Source of the DNA: Mobula hypostoma
Taxonomy: Eukaryota
Direction of reading: 5' to 3'
DNA: 64,000 bases
NCBI RefSeq assembly: GCF_963921235.1
Contig: NC_086108.1
Coordinates: 79,796,001-79,860,000 of the forward strand
In this document: positions 12,295-25,439 of the stretch, piece after piece
Layout: every line of letters starts with the position of its first letter
How positions within the stretch are numbered: the first letter of the stretch is position 1
Notes under the pieces: model-generated
The model's input: the letters and a program-made list of their open reading frames with translations, nothing else
What the model was told of the DNA's origin: nothing
Database searches by the model: none
Program-made: the position numbers and the translations under genes

Positions 12295-12603
12295 ACCTCT
12301 TCCTAGAGATGCTGCCTGGCCTGCTGCGTTCACCAGCATTTTTTATGTGTGTTGCTTAAATTTCCAGCATCTGCAGATTTCCTCGTGTTTGCGTATCTGA
12401 ACAAAGCACTTCTTACAACGTGGTCTCTCCTTCAGGCAGCATTCTGCAGGCATCCTCCCTTGTGTCCCGCTCCAAACCAAACCCCTGTCCTTCAGAAATC
12501 TCCGTTACAACATGTACCCAGACAATCCTGATTGGCTGACACAACATTCCTAAGTTTGGGCAACATGGTTCCTTATCTTTAGCCGCAGCCAAAACACTCT
12601 TAC

Positions 12604-15540
12604 TAAGATCATAAGATATAGGAGCAGAATTAGGCCATTCAGCCCATTGAACCTGCTCTGGCATTTCATCATGGCTGATCCAGGATCCTACTCAACCCCA
12701 TGCACCTGTCTTCTCACCATATTCTTTGATGTCCTGACTAATCAGGAAACAATCAACTTCCACTTTAAATATACCCATGAACTTGGCCTCAATCACAGTC
12801 TGTGGCAGAACGTTCCACAGATTCAACACTCTCTGGCTAAATAAACTACTCCTTACATCTGTCCTAAAAGGCCACCCCTCAATTTTGAGGTTGTGCTCTC
12901 TAGTTCTGGATACCTGCACCATAGGAAACATCCTGCCCACATCCACCTTATCTAGTCATTTCAACATTCGGTAGGTTTCAATGAGATCACCGCACATTCT
13001 TCTAAGTTCCAGTGAGTCCAGGACCAAAGCTGCCAAATGCTATTCATATGTTAACCACTTCATTCCTGAAATAATCCTCGTGTACGTCCTCTGGACTCTC
13101 TCCAATGACAGCACATCCTTTCTGACATAAGAGGCCCAAAACTCAGAATCAGGTTTATTATACCAGCATGTGACATGAAATTTGTTAACTTAGCAGCAGC
13201 AGTTCAATGCAATACATAATCTAGCAGAGAGAGAGAGAAAAAAATAATAATAAATAAAATAAAACAATAATAAATAAATAAGTAAATCAATTACATGTAT
13301 TCAATAGATTTTTTAAAATGTGCAAAAACAAGCTTCAATACCCATTTAGGAATCAGATGGCAGAGGGGAAGAAGCTGTTCCTGAATCGCTCAATGTGAAC
13401 CTTCAGGCTTCTGTATCTCCTACCTGATGGTAACAGTGAGAAAAGGGCATACCCTGGGTGCTGGAGGTCCTTAATAATGAATGTTGCCTTTCTGACACAC
13501 CGCTCCCTAAAGATATCCTGGGTACTTTGTAGGCTAGTGCCCAAGATGGAGCTGACTAGATTTACAACCTTCTGCAGCTTCTTTTGGTCCAGTGCAGTAG
13601 CCCCTCCGTACCAGACAGTGATGCAGCCTGTCAGAATGCTCTCCACAGTTCAACTGTTGACAATACTCCAAGTGCGGCCTGACTGGTGTCTTATAAAGCT
13701 TCAGCATTATCTCCTTGCTTTTATATTCTATTCCCCTTGAAATGAATGCCAACATTGCATTTGCCTTCTTTACCACAGACTCAATCTGTAAATTAACCTT
13801 CTGGGAGTCTTGCTTGAGGACTCCTAAGTCCATCTGCACCTCTGATGTTTGAATTTTCTCCCCATTTAGATAATAGTCGGCACTGTTGTTGCTTTTACCA
13901 AAATACATTATCATACATTTTCTAACACTGTATTCCATCTGCCACGTTTTTGCCCATTCTTCCAATTGGTCTATGTCCTGCTGCAATCGCATTGCTTCCT
14001 CAGCACTACCCACCCCCACACCTACAATATCTTTGTATCATCCACAAACTTTGCCACAAAGCCATCAATTTCATTATCCAAATCATTGAAAAACAGTATG
14101 AGAAGTAGCGGTCCTAATACTGACCCCTGTGGAACACTACTTGTCACTGGCTGCCATCCAGAAAAGGCCCCCTTTATTCCCACTCAATGCCTTCTGCCTG
14201 GTAGCCATTCCACTAGCCAGTTGCTTTACTGTAATGCCATAGGATTTTATCTTGTTAAGCAGCCTCATGTGCCACCTTATCAAATGCCTTCTGAAAATCT
14301 AAGCAAATGACATCCACTGCCTCTCCTTTGTCCTCCCTGCTTGTTACTTCCTTGAAGAATTCTAATAGATTTGTAAGACGAGATTTCCCTTCACAGTAAC
14401 CATGCCAACTTTGACTTACTTGATCATTAGTCTCCAAGTACCCCAAAACCTCATACTTAATGATAGACTCCAACCACTGAGGTTAGGCTAACTGGCCTAT
14501 AGTTTCCTTTCTTTTGCCTCCCTCCTTTCTTAAAGAGCGGAATGACATTTGTAATCTTTCAGTCCTCTGGGACAATGCCAGAATCAAGTGATTCCTGAAA
14601 GATCATGATCAATGCATCCATTATCTCTTCAGCAACCTCTCTCATGACGCTGGGATGTAGTCCATCTTGTCCAGGTGACTTATACACCTTAAGATCTTTG
14701 AGTCTGCCTATCACTTCTTCCTTTGTAATAGCAATGGCACTCACTTCTGCTCCCAGACACTCACGGACCTCTGGCACACTGCTCGTGTCTTCCACAGGGA
14801 AGACTGATGCAAAGTACTCATTAAGTTCATCTGCCATTACTTTATCCGCCATTACTACCTCACCAGCATCATTTTCCAGTGGTCCAATATCAACTCCCAC
14901 CTCCATTTTACTCTTTATATAACTGAAAAAACTTCTGGTATACTGCTTTATATTACCGGCTAGTTTGCCCTCGTATTTAATCTTTTCCCTTCTTACAGCC
15001 TTTTTAGTTGCCTTTTCTTGGATTTTAAAAGCTTCCCAATCATCCAACTTCAGACTCACTTTTTGTCCCCATATATGCCCTTTCCTTGGCTTTAAGCAAT
15101 CCTTGTAAGCCACGGTTGCCTACCCCTGCTATTTGAGAACAACTTCTGCTGTGGGACGTATCTATCCTGTGCCTTGTGAACTATTCCCAGAAACTTCTGC
15201 TATTTATGCCCTGCCGTCAATCCACCTAAGCAAGCTCCTCCCTCGTGCCTCTGAAATTCCCTTTATTCCATTGTGATACTGATATATGTGACTTATGCTT
15301 CTCCCTCTCAAATTGCAGTATGAATTCAGTCATATTATGATCACTGCCTTCTAAGGGATTCATTACATTAAGATTCCTAACAAGATCTGGGTTATTGCAC
15401 AACACCCAATCTAAGATAGCCTTTCCCCAAGTAGGCTCAAGCATAAGCTGCTCTAAAAAGCCATCTCATAGGCATTCAACAAATTCCCTCTCTTACAATC
15501 TGAAACCAACCTGATTTTCCCAATCCCTTTGCATATTATA
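12604..15540 (-). mobile_element. CR1 LINE ORF2 remnant (endonuclease C-terminus through RT to 3' end)
   Basis: ORFs 15226-15444, 14559-15113, 14255-14473 (DFQKAFDKV), 13534-14019, 12692-12946; 3' UTR at 12604-12690. Confidence 0.92.
13143..13650 (-). mobile_element. Rex1-like LINE 3' end inserted in CR1
   Basis: ORF 13353-13646 (ESILTGCITVWYG...SGRRYRS...RFRNSFFPSAI). Confidence 0.85.
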
Positions 15541-15599
15541 TATTACACTGCTTTTACAGAAAACTGCTAAAATAAAAATACCTCATAGCATAGCCGTAG

Positions 15600-15860
15600 A
15601 AATCTTACCCAGGCCATTACACTGTAGACTCACTTTCAAGGACTCAACAACTCGTATTCTCAGCATTATTTCTTTTTTACTATTTCCACAATTTATCTTC
15701 TTTTGCACATTGGTGGCTTGTCGGAATTATTATTTAGTTTTTCACAAATTTTATTGTATTTATTTGTTTTCCTGTAATTGCGTGCAAGAAAATGAATCTC
15801 AAGGTAGTACATGATGACGTATACAGTACTTGCTTTGGTAATAAATCTACTTTAAACCCC
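15600..15860 (+). mobile_element. Rex1-like LINE 3' UTR fragment
   Basis: gactcactttcaaggactc...gcaagaaaatgaatctcaagg...aataaatctacttt; homologous to 57040-57265. Confidence 0.7.
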
Positions 15861-16103
15861 TGAGTATGTGGAAAGAGAATCAAAGTTAATATTTCAGGTC
15901 CATGGCCTTCCATGGATAAATAAATGGGAATAGTTAAGCTTTCGGCTACAAAAATTGTCTTTTACTCGTTTTGAATATTTGTAGTAATCCATGGTTACTG
16001 CAACTACTGGCAATTCATATCAAGATGATGAACCTCTATGTAACACGCTTATTAATGTCTAACTAAGCTCTTTGTATTTCCATCTTAAATGATGACATCT
16101 CCT

Positions 16104-16918
16104 TTGTCACATGGAAAGGAAACTTTGTCACATGGTGTGAGCAGAATTATCTGCAGCTTAATGTGAAAAAGACTAAGGAGCTGGTGGTAGACCTGAGGAG
16201 AGCTAAGGTACTGGTGACCCCTGTTTCCATCCAGGGGGTCACAGTGTGGACATGGTGGAGGATTACAAATACCTGGGGATACGAATTAACAATAGACTGG
16301 ACTGGTCAAAGAACACTGAGGCTGTCTACAAGAAGGGTCAGAGCCGTCTCTATTTCCTGTGGAGACTGAAGTCCTCTAACATCTGCCGGACGATGCTGAG
16401 GATGTTCTACGAGTCTGTGGTGGCCAGTGCGATCATGTTTGCTGTAGTGTGCTGGGGCAGCAGGCTGAGGGTAGCAGACACCAACAGAGTCAACAAGCTC
16501 ATTCGTAAGGCCAGTGATGTTGTGGGGATGGAACTGGACTCTCTCACGGTGGTGTCTGAAAAGGGGATGCTGTCCAAGTTGCATGCCATCTTGGACAATG
16601 TCTCCCATCCACTGCATAATGTACTGGGTGGGCACAGGAGTACATTCAGCCAGAGACTCATTCTACCGAGATGCAACACAGAGCGTCATAGGAAGTCATT
16701 CCTGCCCGTGGCCATCAAACTTTACAACTCCTCCCTTGGAGGGTTAGACACCCTGAGCCAAAAGGCTGGTCCTGGACTTATTTCCTGCATAAATAATTTA
16801 CATATTACTATTTAACTATTTATGGTTTTATTACTATTTATTATTTATGGTGCAACTGTAACGAAAACCAATTTCCCCCGGGATCAATAAAGTATGACTA
16901 TGACTTATAACTATGAGT
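16104..16918 (+). mobile_element. Young 5'-truncated Rex1/Babar-like LINE (RT C-terminus)
   Basis: WCEQNYLQLNVKKTKELVVD then ORF 16246-16815 (YKYLG...KKGQSRLYFL); tail aataaagtatgactatgac; TSD atgac(a/t)tctcct at 16092-16103 and 16919-16930. Confidence 0.88.
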
Positions 16919-17362
16919 ATGACTTCTCCTCTATGTTGTTCAGATATCAAATCCAAACAGTAGAATCTAATTCCTTCATTATTTAAAGATCCCTTGTCCC
17001 CTTCAAGACCGTTGTCTCTCAAGGTTAAAAGTCTTTTTTCTTTTAGCCCATCCCAAATATCAGATGCTTTAATCTAGGTGTCGATAATCAAGTAGTCCTC
17101 TGGAACTTTGATATCCTACATCATGTCAGGTAATCAAAACTGACTCAAGCACTCCAGATCATGAACATGTACACTAATACAATCTCCAGATTTTCTTTTT
17201 GTTTGTAAACCCTGAATATCACTCTGTGATATCCTCACCCTTTGGAATTATATCAGCTCATACTACTGACATTGAAGAACATATATAGATAACTTTAAAT
17301 CTTTATTTCATCTTTAGTTCATCATCTGTTTTACATTTGTTCCATGCACGAACTTAAGGATC

Positions 17363-17626
17363 CTTTATTTATTGAGATACAGTGCAGAATATGCTCTTCT
17401 AGTATCCCCCTCGATTTAATCCTCGCCTAATCACAGGACAATTTATAATGACCAATTAACCTACCAACCGGTATCTCTTTGGACTGTGGGAGGAAACCGG
17501 AGCACTTGGAGGAAACCCACATGGTCATGAGGAGAACATATACACTCCCTTCGGGCAGCTGTGGGAATTGAACCCAGATCGCCTGTACTGTAAAGTATTC
17601 AGCTAACCACTACGCTACTGTGTTGC
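17363..17626 (-). mobile_element. V-domain (HE1-like) SINE
   Basis: ggactgtgggaggaaaccggagcacttggaggaaacccac; gggaattgaaccc; taaccactacgctac. Confidence 0.85.
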
Positions 17627-18617
17627 ATCTACAAACGGTAATACATTCCTCAAAGATAATAATTATCATGGAGAAGGGCAACAGTACTGAAGTAGATCCC
17701 TATGACTATAGTGTAGGTATTGAGATCAAACTCTACTAGAGAAAGATTTTCCTTGACTGTGCCTCCCTGCCTTGTGATCTTGCAGCGCTCTTTTTGTGGA
17801 GAGTGGTGGAAACAGGGCAATATAAATTCTTTATCACCTTTCTTTAGTTTTTGGAATCTGGAAACATTTATGTCATTCTTACCTGTGGATATGGAGGTTT
17901 TACTTAAGCTTATTGTCTACCCCAATGATGGAACCCAGGGGTCTAACACTGATATTATGGTAAACTTGCTTCAAATCTGATTTCTTCTAATCATCTCCTT
18001 AAGTAATATTTCATTGACAAGAAGTGGTCAACCCACACACATGCATAACCACTGACACACAGTCAACGATTATATAAATTAAGCTCTTTTTTGGGGCTTG
18101 CTAAAAACCACACACAGATGGAAATCATGAAAGCAAGCAGACTTAATAATCTATCCTGTTACCATTTCACCAGCAGTCAGATGTATTGGCATCATGACAG
18201 TTAACTGGCTCCAGCTCCATTAAGAACACATGGATTTGTTTGGACTCTGGTAAACCAGCTTGGATTTTTAGCCAATAATCTGTTGCATAGCCAATAAATC
18301 TTGCTCCCGCTGCAACAGCATCAGCACAGATTGTTTGTTTAGCCTGTTACTTTAGCAAATTTGATATCTTCATGCATTGTCTTTGTGATTCAATTATGCT
18401 ACAAGAAGAAGGTATTAATATGGAGGGAATTTAAACTTCCCTCAATCTCAATTAAGCAAGTGGCATTAGATGTCCGATTTCTTTATACGTTCTAAATAAT
18501 CCTGTTTTCAAAGGAAATGATATAGTAGAGGCTTTCAGATACTTGTTGTAGCTTCATGTATACTGTAAACTCACTTGGTTCTCTAATACAATTCAAGGAA
18601 GAAAACCAGTCAGCATA

Positions 18618-19140
18618 CGTTCAGTGACAACTTTATTGGATGCACTTGTACACCTGCTCATTAATGCAAATATCTAATCAGCAATCATGTGGCAGCAATT
18701 CAGTGCATTAAGGCATGCAGACATGGTCAGGAGGTTCAGTCATTGTTCATACCTAATATCAGAATGAGGAAGAAATGTGATCTAAGTGACTTTGACTATG
18801 GAATGATGGTTGTTGCCAGATGTGATGGTTTGAGTATCTCAGAAACTGCTGAGCTCCTAAGATTTTTATGCACAACAGCCTACAAAGTTTACAGGGAATG
18901 GTGTAGAAACTAAAAGCATCCAGTGAATGGCAGTTGTGTAGGCAAAAGCACCTTGTTAATGACAGAGGTCAGAGGAGAATGGCCAGACTGGTTCAAGCTG
19001 ACAGGAAGGAAACACTAATTCAAATAACCATGTGTTACAACATCTCTGAAAGCACAAGACGTTGAACCTTGAATTGGATGGGTACAGCAGCAGAGGACCT
19101 TGACATTACATTTACTGGCCACTTTATTAGGTACAGGAGG
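18618..19140 (+). mobile_element. Non-autonomous Tc1/mariner-derived element
   Basis: Encodes MRKKCDLSDFDYGMMV...LSISETA (Tc1 N-terminal HTH); copies at 27132 and 62676. Confidence 0.85.
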
Positions 19141-19329
19141 TTGCTGAAAACTGCAAGATGTTACTTGTGAAGCACAGCAACACACAGCTTACAAAAATTC
19201 TGAACTACACTCACTAGAATCTTCAGCCTGTAACTTCCCATTAACTAATGTACTTTTGAACTGTCTTAACGAATTAGCAATTTCAGGATCTTTTGAAGGA
19301 CTTGACTGACTTAACTCTCAAGAATGCAG

Positions 19330-20050
19330 GTAAGATGACAAAGGTAGATCGCCATGGCCAGAAGAGAGGGAGGACGGGAGGAGTCCAAGCCAGACCAAAA
19401 CTTTGGGTATGAAATTTCCTCTACCCAGTATCTTGTTAGCAAGTGTACAGTAACTGGAGAACTTAGGGCAAGATTACTGTATCTGAGAGAAATGATGGAT
19501 TGCTATGTTTTGTGTTACATGGAGACGTGGCTCAGCAGATTCAGTGATCAGACTTGAGGGCTTCCCGATCCACTGGATGGACCAGACTGATGATTTGAAG
19601 AATGCAAAAGGTGTTTCATGATAAACTCTTTGTGGTGCTCAGATGCAGCAGTCTTGTTGCACTCACGTTCCCCTGACCTTGAAAATCTGGCTGAATGGTA
19701 CCACAACAACAACCTCTCACTCAACATCAGCAAGACCAAGGAGCTGATTATTGACTTCATTTGGAGGAAACTGGAGAGCCACATGTCAGTCTTCATTGGG
19801 AGATCAGGGGTGGAGAGGGTCTGCAAATTTAAATTCTTCAGTGTTATCATTTCAGAGGATCTGTCCTGAGTCCAGCATGCAAGTGCCATTAAAAAGAAAA
19901 CACGGCAGTGCCTCTACTTTCTTAGAAGTTCGCGAAGATTTGGCATGTCATCTAAAAATTTGACAAACTTCTGTAGGTGTGTGGTGGAGAGCATATTGAC
20001 TGGTTGTATCACAGCCTGCTATGGCTTTGAACAGAAAAGCCTACAAAAAT
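19330..20050 (+). mobile_element. Internally deleted Rex1-like LINE
   Basis: CYMETWL endonuclease motif joined to NLSLNISKTKELIIDF...FKFFSVIISEDLS. Confidence 0.75.
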
Positions 20051-20724
20051 TTGCACTGAATTCTAAATAAATATCATGCTTATGAATGTGTGGATGTCCC
20101 AATGAGCTTTCAGATGAATCCTAAGCATTATTTCTTCAGCTTGAACCAAATCATATCACCAACAGTAAGCAAAGTAGCCCAGAAAGGGCACTTAATAACT
20201 GCTTCTGGGTACATAATTGAAAAGCCTCAGAAAATTTACTGAATAAGTGCACATTTAATATTATCACAACCCTCACCATTGTGTTTTTTTGCTCGGTAAT
20301 ATACTAGTCTATGTAGCCTTGCTTACATGTTTGTAGATTGATTTTATCGTACTAGCATATGTTAGCTCATCTATTTTAAGCAAATTGTGAGTCTCTAATT
20401 CCTCCAATTTATTTGTAACCTTTTCAGTGAAAAGAAAAGAAGTTACAATAAACCATTCAAATTGCAGCAGTTTTATTTCTTGTGATATTCATGCTCTAAA
20501 TTTTAAGAAATAGTTTAATTTCAAAACTATTATTTGCAAAGGGATGTCAAAAGATTCTAGTTCAATGCTCCTGTTCTAACAGCTAAAAATTGGCTACAGA
20601 TTGATTAAAATTGCAAGTGAGTTATTCAATAGTCATTGCAGGCTTGAAAAAATGATTTTAATGATTTTATCCTTTGATAAGGGTATTGGTTGCAGAATTT
20701 TGTTATTCAACTACATACTGTTAT

Positions 20725-20960
20725 TTATTATCCACAAGGGCAATGATTGCCAAGGGACATTATAAAGCTTTAATAAGAAAGGCAGTTTGTTAACAGCTCA
20801 GAATGGATTTGTTAAGGGAAGGTCCAGTGTTAATAAATTGAATGTGTTTTTCTGGAGGTGACAAGGAACGTCAACAAGGAAAAGATTTTTCTCAATCAGC
20901 GATCACCACATTTAAAAATGTCCTCTTGTAAAGCTGTGACCTGCAGGGTTACAGACCTAG
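20725..20960 (+). mobile_element. Ancient CR1 RT fragment
   Basis: cagaatggatttgttaagggaaggtcc resembles the QHGFVKGRSC motif. Confidence 0.55.
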
Positions 20961-21384
20961 TGCTGGAAGATAAGATTAGCCTGCTTTACTCCTTTTCAAC
21001 CAGACGGTCTCCTATTGTGTTGGAAATTTTCTACTCCACAACTGAGCGATTTTCTGTTATTTCAGGAGAGCAGAAAGTACTTGTTGTGTAAGTACAAGGA
21101 CTGCTTTGTCGTTAGCACAAGTTTTACTCATTCTGTGCCACAGGATAATAGTTAAAATGCTAGTCACAGTTGCCGTGTAACTGTACAAATACCCTTTTGC
21201 TCAATGGAGTAAAACTGTACAAGATTCTGTAAGCAGGGATTCATTGAGACAAATTTCCTAAGGTAACAAGTAGCCAATTGGACTTTTGATGCCTGAACAG
21301 AACCAGAGCAGCTAACATAAAGCCACTGAGGAAGGTAATAAATAGACTCCAGACAGTTCTTCATGGAAAAGGAAAATAAGCGGA

Positions 21385-21825
21385 ATCACCATGATAGGCT
21401 GGTACGGGAATTGCAAGGCATCTGACTGTAAGTCCCTACAAAGGACTGCAAGGACTGCTGAGAAGATCATCAGTGTTCCTCTTCCACCCTTCAGAGATAC
21501 TTATCGGGAGTATTTCATACGCAAGGCCCTTAGCACTGTCAATGAACCCTCCCATCCGTACAGCAATCTCTTTGACCCCCTACCATCAGGCAGGAGGCAT
21601 CATAGTATTTGGACAACAACTGTTAAGTTCGGAAGCAGCTTCCTCCTCCAGGCCGTAAGACTACTGAACTCCCTACCACCACCCAGGTCTCATCACGTAT
21701 GAAGCACGGGTAGCGCTATGATGTTTACTTTTTAATTTGTGTCAAAATGCACTTTATTAAATGTTAATTTACTAGTGGTAGCATTATTTTACGTGTTATG
21801 TGTGTGAGTTAAGTTGTGCACTTTG
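21385..21825 (+). mobile_element. Rex1-like LINE 3' end
   Basis: ORF 21391-21702 (WYGNC...LPSGRRHHSI...SSFLLQAVRLLN). Confidence 0.82.
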
Positions 21826-21827
21826 GA

Positions 21828-23015
21828 GACAAATTGACAACCGATATCTTTTATAAACCTACTGACGCTCATGGTTATCTTGACTATACCTCTTCCCTCC
21901 CTATCTCCTATAAAAATGCTGTTCCCTTTTATCAGCTTTTTTGCTTCTGCCACATCTGTTCCCACGATGCAGCTTTCCATTCCAGGGCATAAAGAATGGG
22001 GTGTTCCCTCCCTCTGCTATTGATGCTGCCCTCATCTGCATTTCCTCTTTTTCCCATACATCTGCATGTAGCCCATCTTTCAGCCGCTGTAACAGTGATA
22101 GAACTCCTCTTATCCTTACCCACCACCCCATTAGCCTCTGCATCCAATACACTATTCTCCGCGACTTCCGCCATCTCCAAAGGGTTCCTACCTCCAAACC
22201 TCCCTCCGTTCCTCTGCTTTCTGCAGGGATCGCTCCCTCCACGATTCCATTATCCGTTCGTCCCTCCCACTCATTTCCCTCCAGGCACTTATCACTGCAA
22301 GCGGCCTAAATGCTCCACCTGCCCGTACACCTCCCCCCTCACCTCCATTCAGAGCGTCAAATAGTCCTTCCAGGTGTGGCAACACTTCACCTGCAAACCT
22401 GCTGGAGTCGTCTATTGTAACTAGTGCTCCCGATGCGTCACCCCTATATTGGTGTAACCCGTCGTAAATTGGGGGACCACTTTATCAAGCACCTCGGCTC
22501 CATCTGCCGAAAGTGGGACTTTCTGGTGGCCAAACATTTCAATCCTGACTCCCATTCCCATTCCGAAGTGTCGATTCATGGCCTCCTCTTGTGCCAATAT
22601 GGGGCTACCCTTAGGGTGGAGGAGTGACACCTTATATTCCATCTGGGTACCTCCAGCCTGATGGCATAAATATCAATTTCTCCTTCTGGTGAACAAGTTC
22701 CACCCTCTCTCAATTCCCTACTCTTATCTTTTACTTCCTCTCACCTACCTATTACTTCCCCCTGGGTCCTCTGCTTCCCTTTTTCCTACCGTCCACTCCC
22801 TTCTCCTGTCTGATTCCTCCTTCTCCAGCCCATGACCTTTCCAACCCACCTGGCTTCACCTATCACCTTCCAGCTCCCCCCACTTTTCTATTCAGGTATC
22901 ATCCCCCTTCCTTCTCAGTCCTGAAGAAGGGTGTCGACCTTAAACATTGATTGTTTACTCTTTCTATAGATGCTACCTGACCTGCTGAGTTCCTCCAGCA
23001 TTTTGTGTGTGTTGC
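21828..23015 (+). mobile_element. Penelope-like element remnant: RT C-terminus, GIY-YIG endonuclease, pLTR
   Basis: DKLTTDIFYKPTDAHGYLDYTSS, C..PKCSTCPY, HFTC..GVVYC, YIGVTRRKLGDHFIKHL, VAKHFN; pLTR with decayed hammerhead at 22916-22953; many frameshifts. Confidence 0.9.
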
Positions 23016-23289
23016 ATATTCAGAGTTGGGCTTGTCTGTAAATGTGTGCTGTCACTGTAAGTGCACAGTTCCATGGAACTACATATCTCTACCCAAAATG
23101 TTAAACTAATCTATGCAATTGCAAACTATTGAAACCTGCTGTTATCTTCATATGTAAAGAGTATGAAAACTCAATGTGCTTTAAATTCAGAGAGATTCTT
23201 TCCGCGATTCTTTTGGGAGACTCTCCTAAATGTCTGCTTTTACTGAATGAAGATTCTTTACAACTACAGCTTTGATCAGGGTGTGACTC

Positions 23290-23535
23290 ATCATAGTCAT
23301 GACAATGAGGAAGAGAGTTTTTGACCCTTAGAGGGCTATGGAATTCTCGATTGCAGTGGGCTCCAGAGTCTATTATTGAATATATAAAGGGTTGAGATTG
23401 ATTAAAGGATTATGAGAGAGTAAAGGTTTATGGAGAAAGGCAGGAAAGTGCAGCTGAGGCCAAGCCACTAAATATTGGATCAGGCATGGAGGCCGTCTGG
23501 CTTATTTCTGATCCTGTCTTATTTCCTCTTATGAC
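23290..23535 (+). mobile_element. Old CR1 3' end
   Basis: tatggagaaaggcaggaaagtg...tggcttatttctgatcctg. Confidence 0.65.
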
Positions 23536-24014
23536 TCAATATGCTTGCATCTCAGTTGAACTAGTGAACATTGAAAAATATATCTCCAAATAATCTATCA
23601 AAAAGAAATAAATCTTACTGAACAGAGGTTGCAATGATATACTTGTTGCAGCTGCCTCATTTAATTATCTTATTTGCTATTAATTTGAATTGCCTCACAT
23701 TGAAAGAACTATTTCTCCCACAAGACACTTCATTACCAATGAGTTGTCAGTGCTACACTTTCAATTTCAAATAAAGGAATCCCTCTACTTCACCAGTATT
23801 TTACAGAACCATGATTCTGAAGTTAATCATAATTATTTCTAAGTGTTTTTCAAAAGACGAGCCCCTATGGGAAGATTGTGGTTTTAAGGAGGATGCTATT
23901 AGAGAGGTTACTCCTTTAACATCACATTGCAAATAGACATCCCAAAGAACCACAAGCCTCAATATACTCTTAAGAGGATATTTTTCCATTCCACTGTTAC
24001 AACTTGAATCGATT

Positions 24015-24310
24015 ACCGTGGTAGCGTAGCAGTTAAAACGATGCTATTACAGCTTGGGGCGTCAGAATTCAGAGTTCATTCCTGGCGCCCTTTGTAAGGG
24101 GTCTCTGCGTGTCCTCCCTGTGGATTCATGGGTTTTCCCTGGGTGCTCTCGCTTCCTTCCACAGTCCAAAGATGTACCGAGTAGGTTAATTGGTCATTGT
24201 ACATTGTCCTGTGCTAGTGTTAAATCGGTCTTGTCAGAGGCTGCTGGGTGACGTGGGCTGAAGGGCTGGAAAGCCCTTGTTCCATGCTGTATCTTTAAAT
24301 TACTTAATTA
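24015..24310 (+). mobile_element. V-domain (HE1-like) SINE
   Basis: ggtagcgtagcagtta A box; gggtgctctcgcttccttccacagtccaaagatgtac. Confidence 0.85.
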
Positions 24311-25439
24311 ATCAATTAAGATTGTCACATCCATATGTCAAGCAAAAATTACTGTTTTGTAGTTTACTGACCCAACAAAATGTACTGTATGTTAATATGA
24401 TGAGAGGATTGGAATCATTTCCGTGACATTGGTCATAGATTCATGACATGTACAGTGCTAAACAGGCCTTTTGGTAAAATATGTCTATTCTGACCATTCT
24501 ATACAGTGTATGTATACTAGTCCCACATTTGGTCTGTAGCTTTCTGTGCCTTGCTCTTCATTGGAGTTTCGAGTTCCATATGTCCTTGAAGGTTTAATTC
24601 TACCATAAATCATGTTGAATGCCAGAGGGAGCAACATTTCATTTGCACATTTTGAAACTGATGGAAGTAAAAATAATTTATTGAATCCATCAGCTTTAAG
24701 AAGAGAGCAAAATAGTGAAATGGATCACTCATCCAGTGTCTACCTGACTAAAGCCAGTCTACCTGACCTGACCTGACTGTGTTGGTTTGAGCTTGGTATG
24801 TATTTCATTGGAAAATAATGGGCTGGGTCATGTTGACTCAGTATTTTATCTGGATCAGTTTGACTCAATGTCTTGAGGGTTGTGGTTTTGTCAGGTAGAC
24901 ACTTAACCAGGGAGCAAAGACAAAGGACTTGACTTAGAATAGGAGGACGATTTTGGAGTGTCTGCTTCAACTGTTGATGATAGGTTGTGATATCTGGCAA
25001 TGGAGTAAATGGGAAATGATACCCATGCTCAGGGAACTAATCCGAGACATTAGCTGGCAGAGACAGGGTGTGGTACGCATCAAGGGGTTGGATGAGAAAC
25101 ATGTCTTGGGGCATGTTTCACAGGTCAGAAGGTGACATCTGCCCATGGAGAATGCACAAGATATATCACACAGACTGGAGTGGGGTTTGTGGAGGGCTCG
25201 AGGCAGACTGCAAAAGCCATCAAGATAATGAAGGTGAGTTGTGCTTTGCTTTCCTTGGGATCATGGTCATTTGATGACATGCTCGGGTGGAGGGGTTTTG
25301 AATGAGGGAATCTAACGTGGGCTCAGAGTGTTACCTTTAGCTGCAGATTTCAAATCTAGGGTGGTGTTCGTGTCCAGGCTCAACACTCAACATAAGAGTA
25401 GGATTTATTATATCTCTCCTTCTCCCAAGAAAATACTGG

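Larger units (their letters stand above)
11560..12394. mobile_element. Penelope-like insertion made of two inverted pLTRs
   Basis: Minus arm 11556-11915, plus arm 11921-12394 (starts at the endonuclease C-terminus PDGMNIDFSNFR*); 14-bp TSD atct(a/g)aacaaagca at 11546-11559 and 12395-12408. Confidence 0.88.
11014..12603 (-). mobile_element. Probable LTR-like repeat, interrupted by the Penelope hairpin insertion
   Basis: Sequence is continuous across the Penelope TSD; minus-strand CCAAT (gattggctg ~12530); abuts the CR1 3' end at 12604; termini not confirmed. Confidence 0.3.

Noticed and set aside
11670..12400. Protein-coding ORFs in the hairpin, also 33504-34192
   Set aside because: Low-complexity purine/pyrimidine-biased pLTR sequence produces spurious ORFs on both strands.
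13534..14019. Chimeric CR1/Rex1 protein
   Set aside because: Read-through across an insertion junction, out of the Rex1-like coding frame.
21065..21092. Possible 22-bp micro-exon (tttcag|gagagc...ttgt|gtaagt)
   Set aside because: Splice-like signals alone, with no partner exons or homology; cannot be supported without RNA-seq.
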